From NCBI GenBank assembly GCA_048013815.1, contig CM106586.1, positions 5,952,001 to 6,016,000 of the forward strand: a DNA stretch of 64,000 nucleotides, read 5' to 3'. Below are positions 63,999-64,000 of this stretch, piece after piece. Position 1 is the stretch's first letter, and each line of letters opens with the position of its first letter. The notes under the pieces are model-generated. The model made no database searches and was not told where the DNA came from. It saw only the letters and a list, made by a program, of their open reading frames with translations. Origin of the DNA: Setoptus koraiensis (Eukaryota; Animalia; Arthropoda). The position numbers were made by a program, and so were the translations under genes.

Positions 63999-64000
63999 GT

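Overview
Eukaryotic genomic scaffold (spliceosomal GT-AG introns, one 500-N gap), most likely a small arthropod with a streamlined genome. The combination of very short intergenic spacers, many intronless housekeeping genes and an arthropod gene set suggests an acariform, possibly eriophyoid, mite; this is inference. Genes in order: a Ras-family GTPase first exon with a long disordered N-terminus (-), seipin (-) head-to-head with a short bystin (+), a 9-exon SLC22 transporter (+), a secreted chitin-binding (CBM14) mucin-like protein (+), a PAT1 pseudogene (-), SEPT6-group septin copy A (-), a shortened SART3 (+), even-skipped (-) with ~17 kb of microsatellite-rich upstream DNA, a transmembrane adenylyl cyclase (-, at least 11 exons, part of C2 in the gap), PAT1 (+), a CBM14-gene remnant, septin copy B (+) and a secreted orphan protein (-). 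The main unusual signals are: (1) the cyclase N-terminus looks like a decayed inverted copy of the N-terminus of its neighbour PAT1; (2) an inverted and circularly permuted duplication (septin-PAT1-mucin versus PAT1-mucin-septin) ~31 kb apart, with reciprocal gene decay, a septin-PAT1 chimera and an almost identical septin tract; (3) SART3 and PAT1 both appear to lack their Lsm-ring-binding C-terminal modules, and bystin, septin and Eve also lack terminal modules; (4) a copy of cyclase intron 5, with its splice donor, lies downstream of the gene. No rRNA, tRNA, CRISPR array or autonomous transposon could be supported. All alignments were done by eye.
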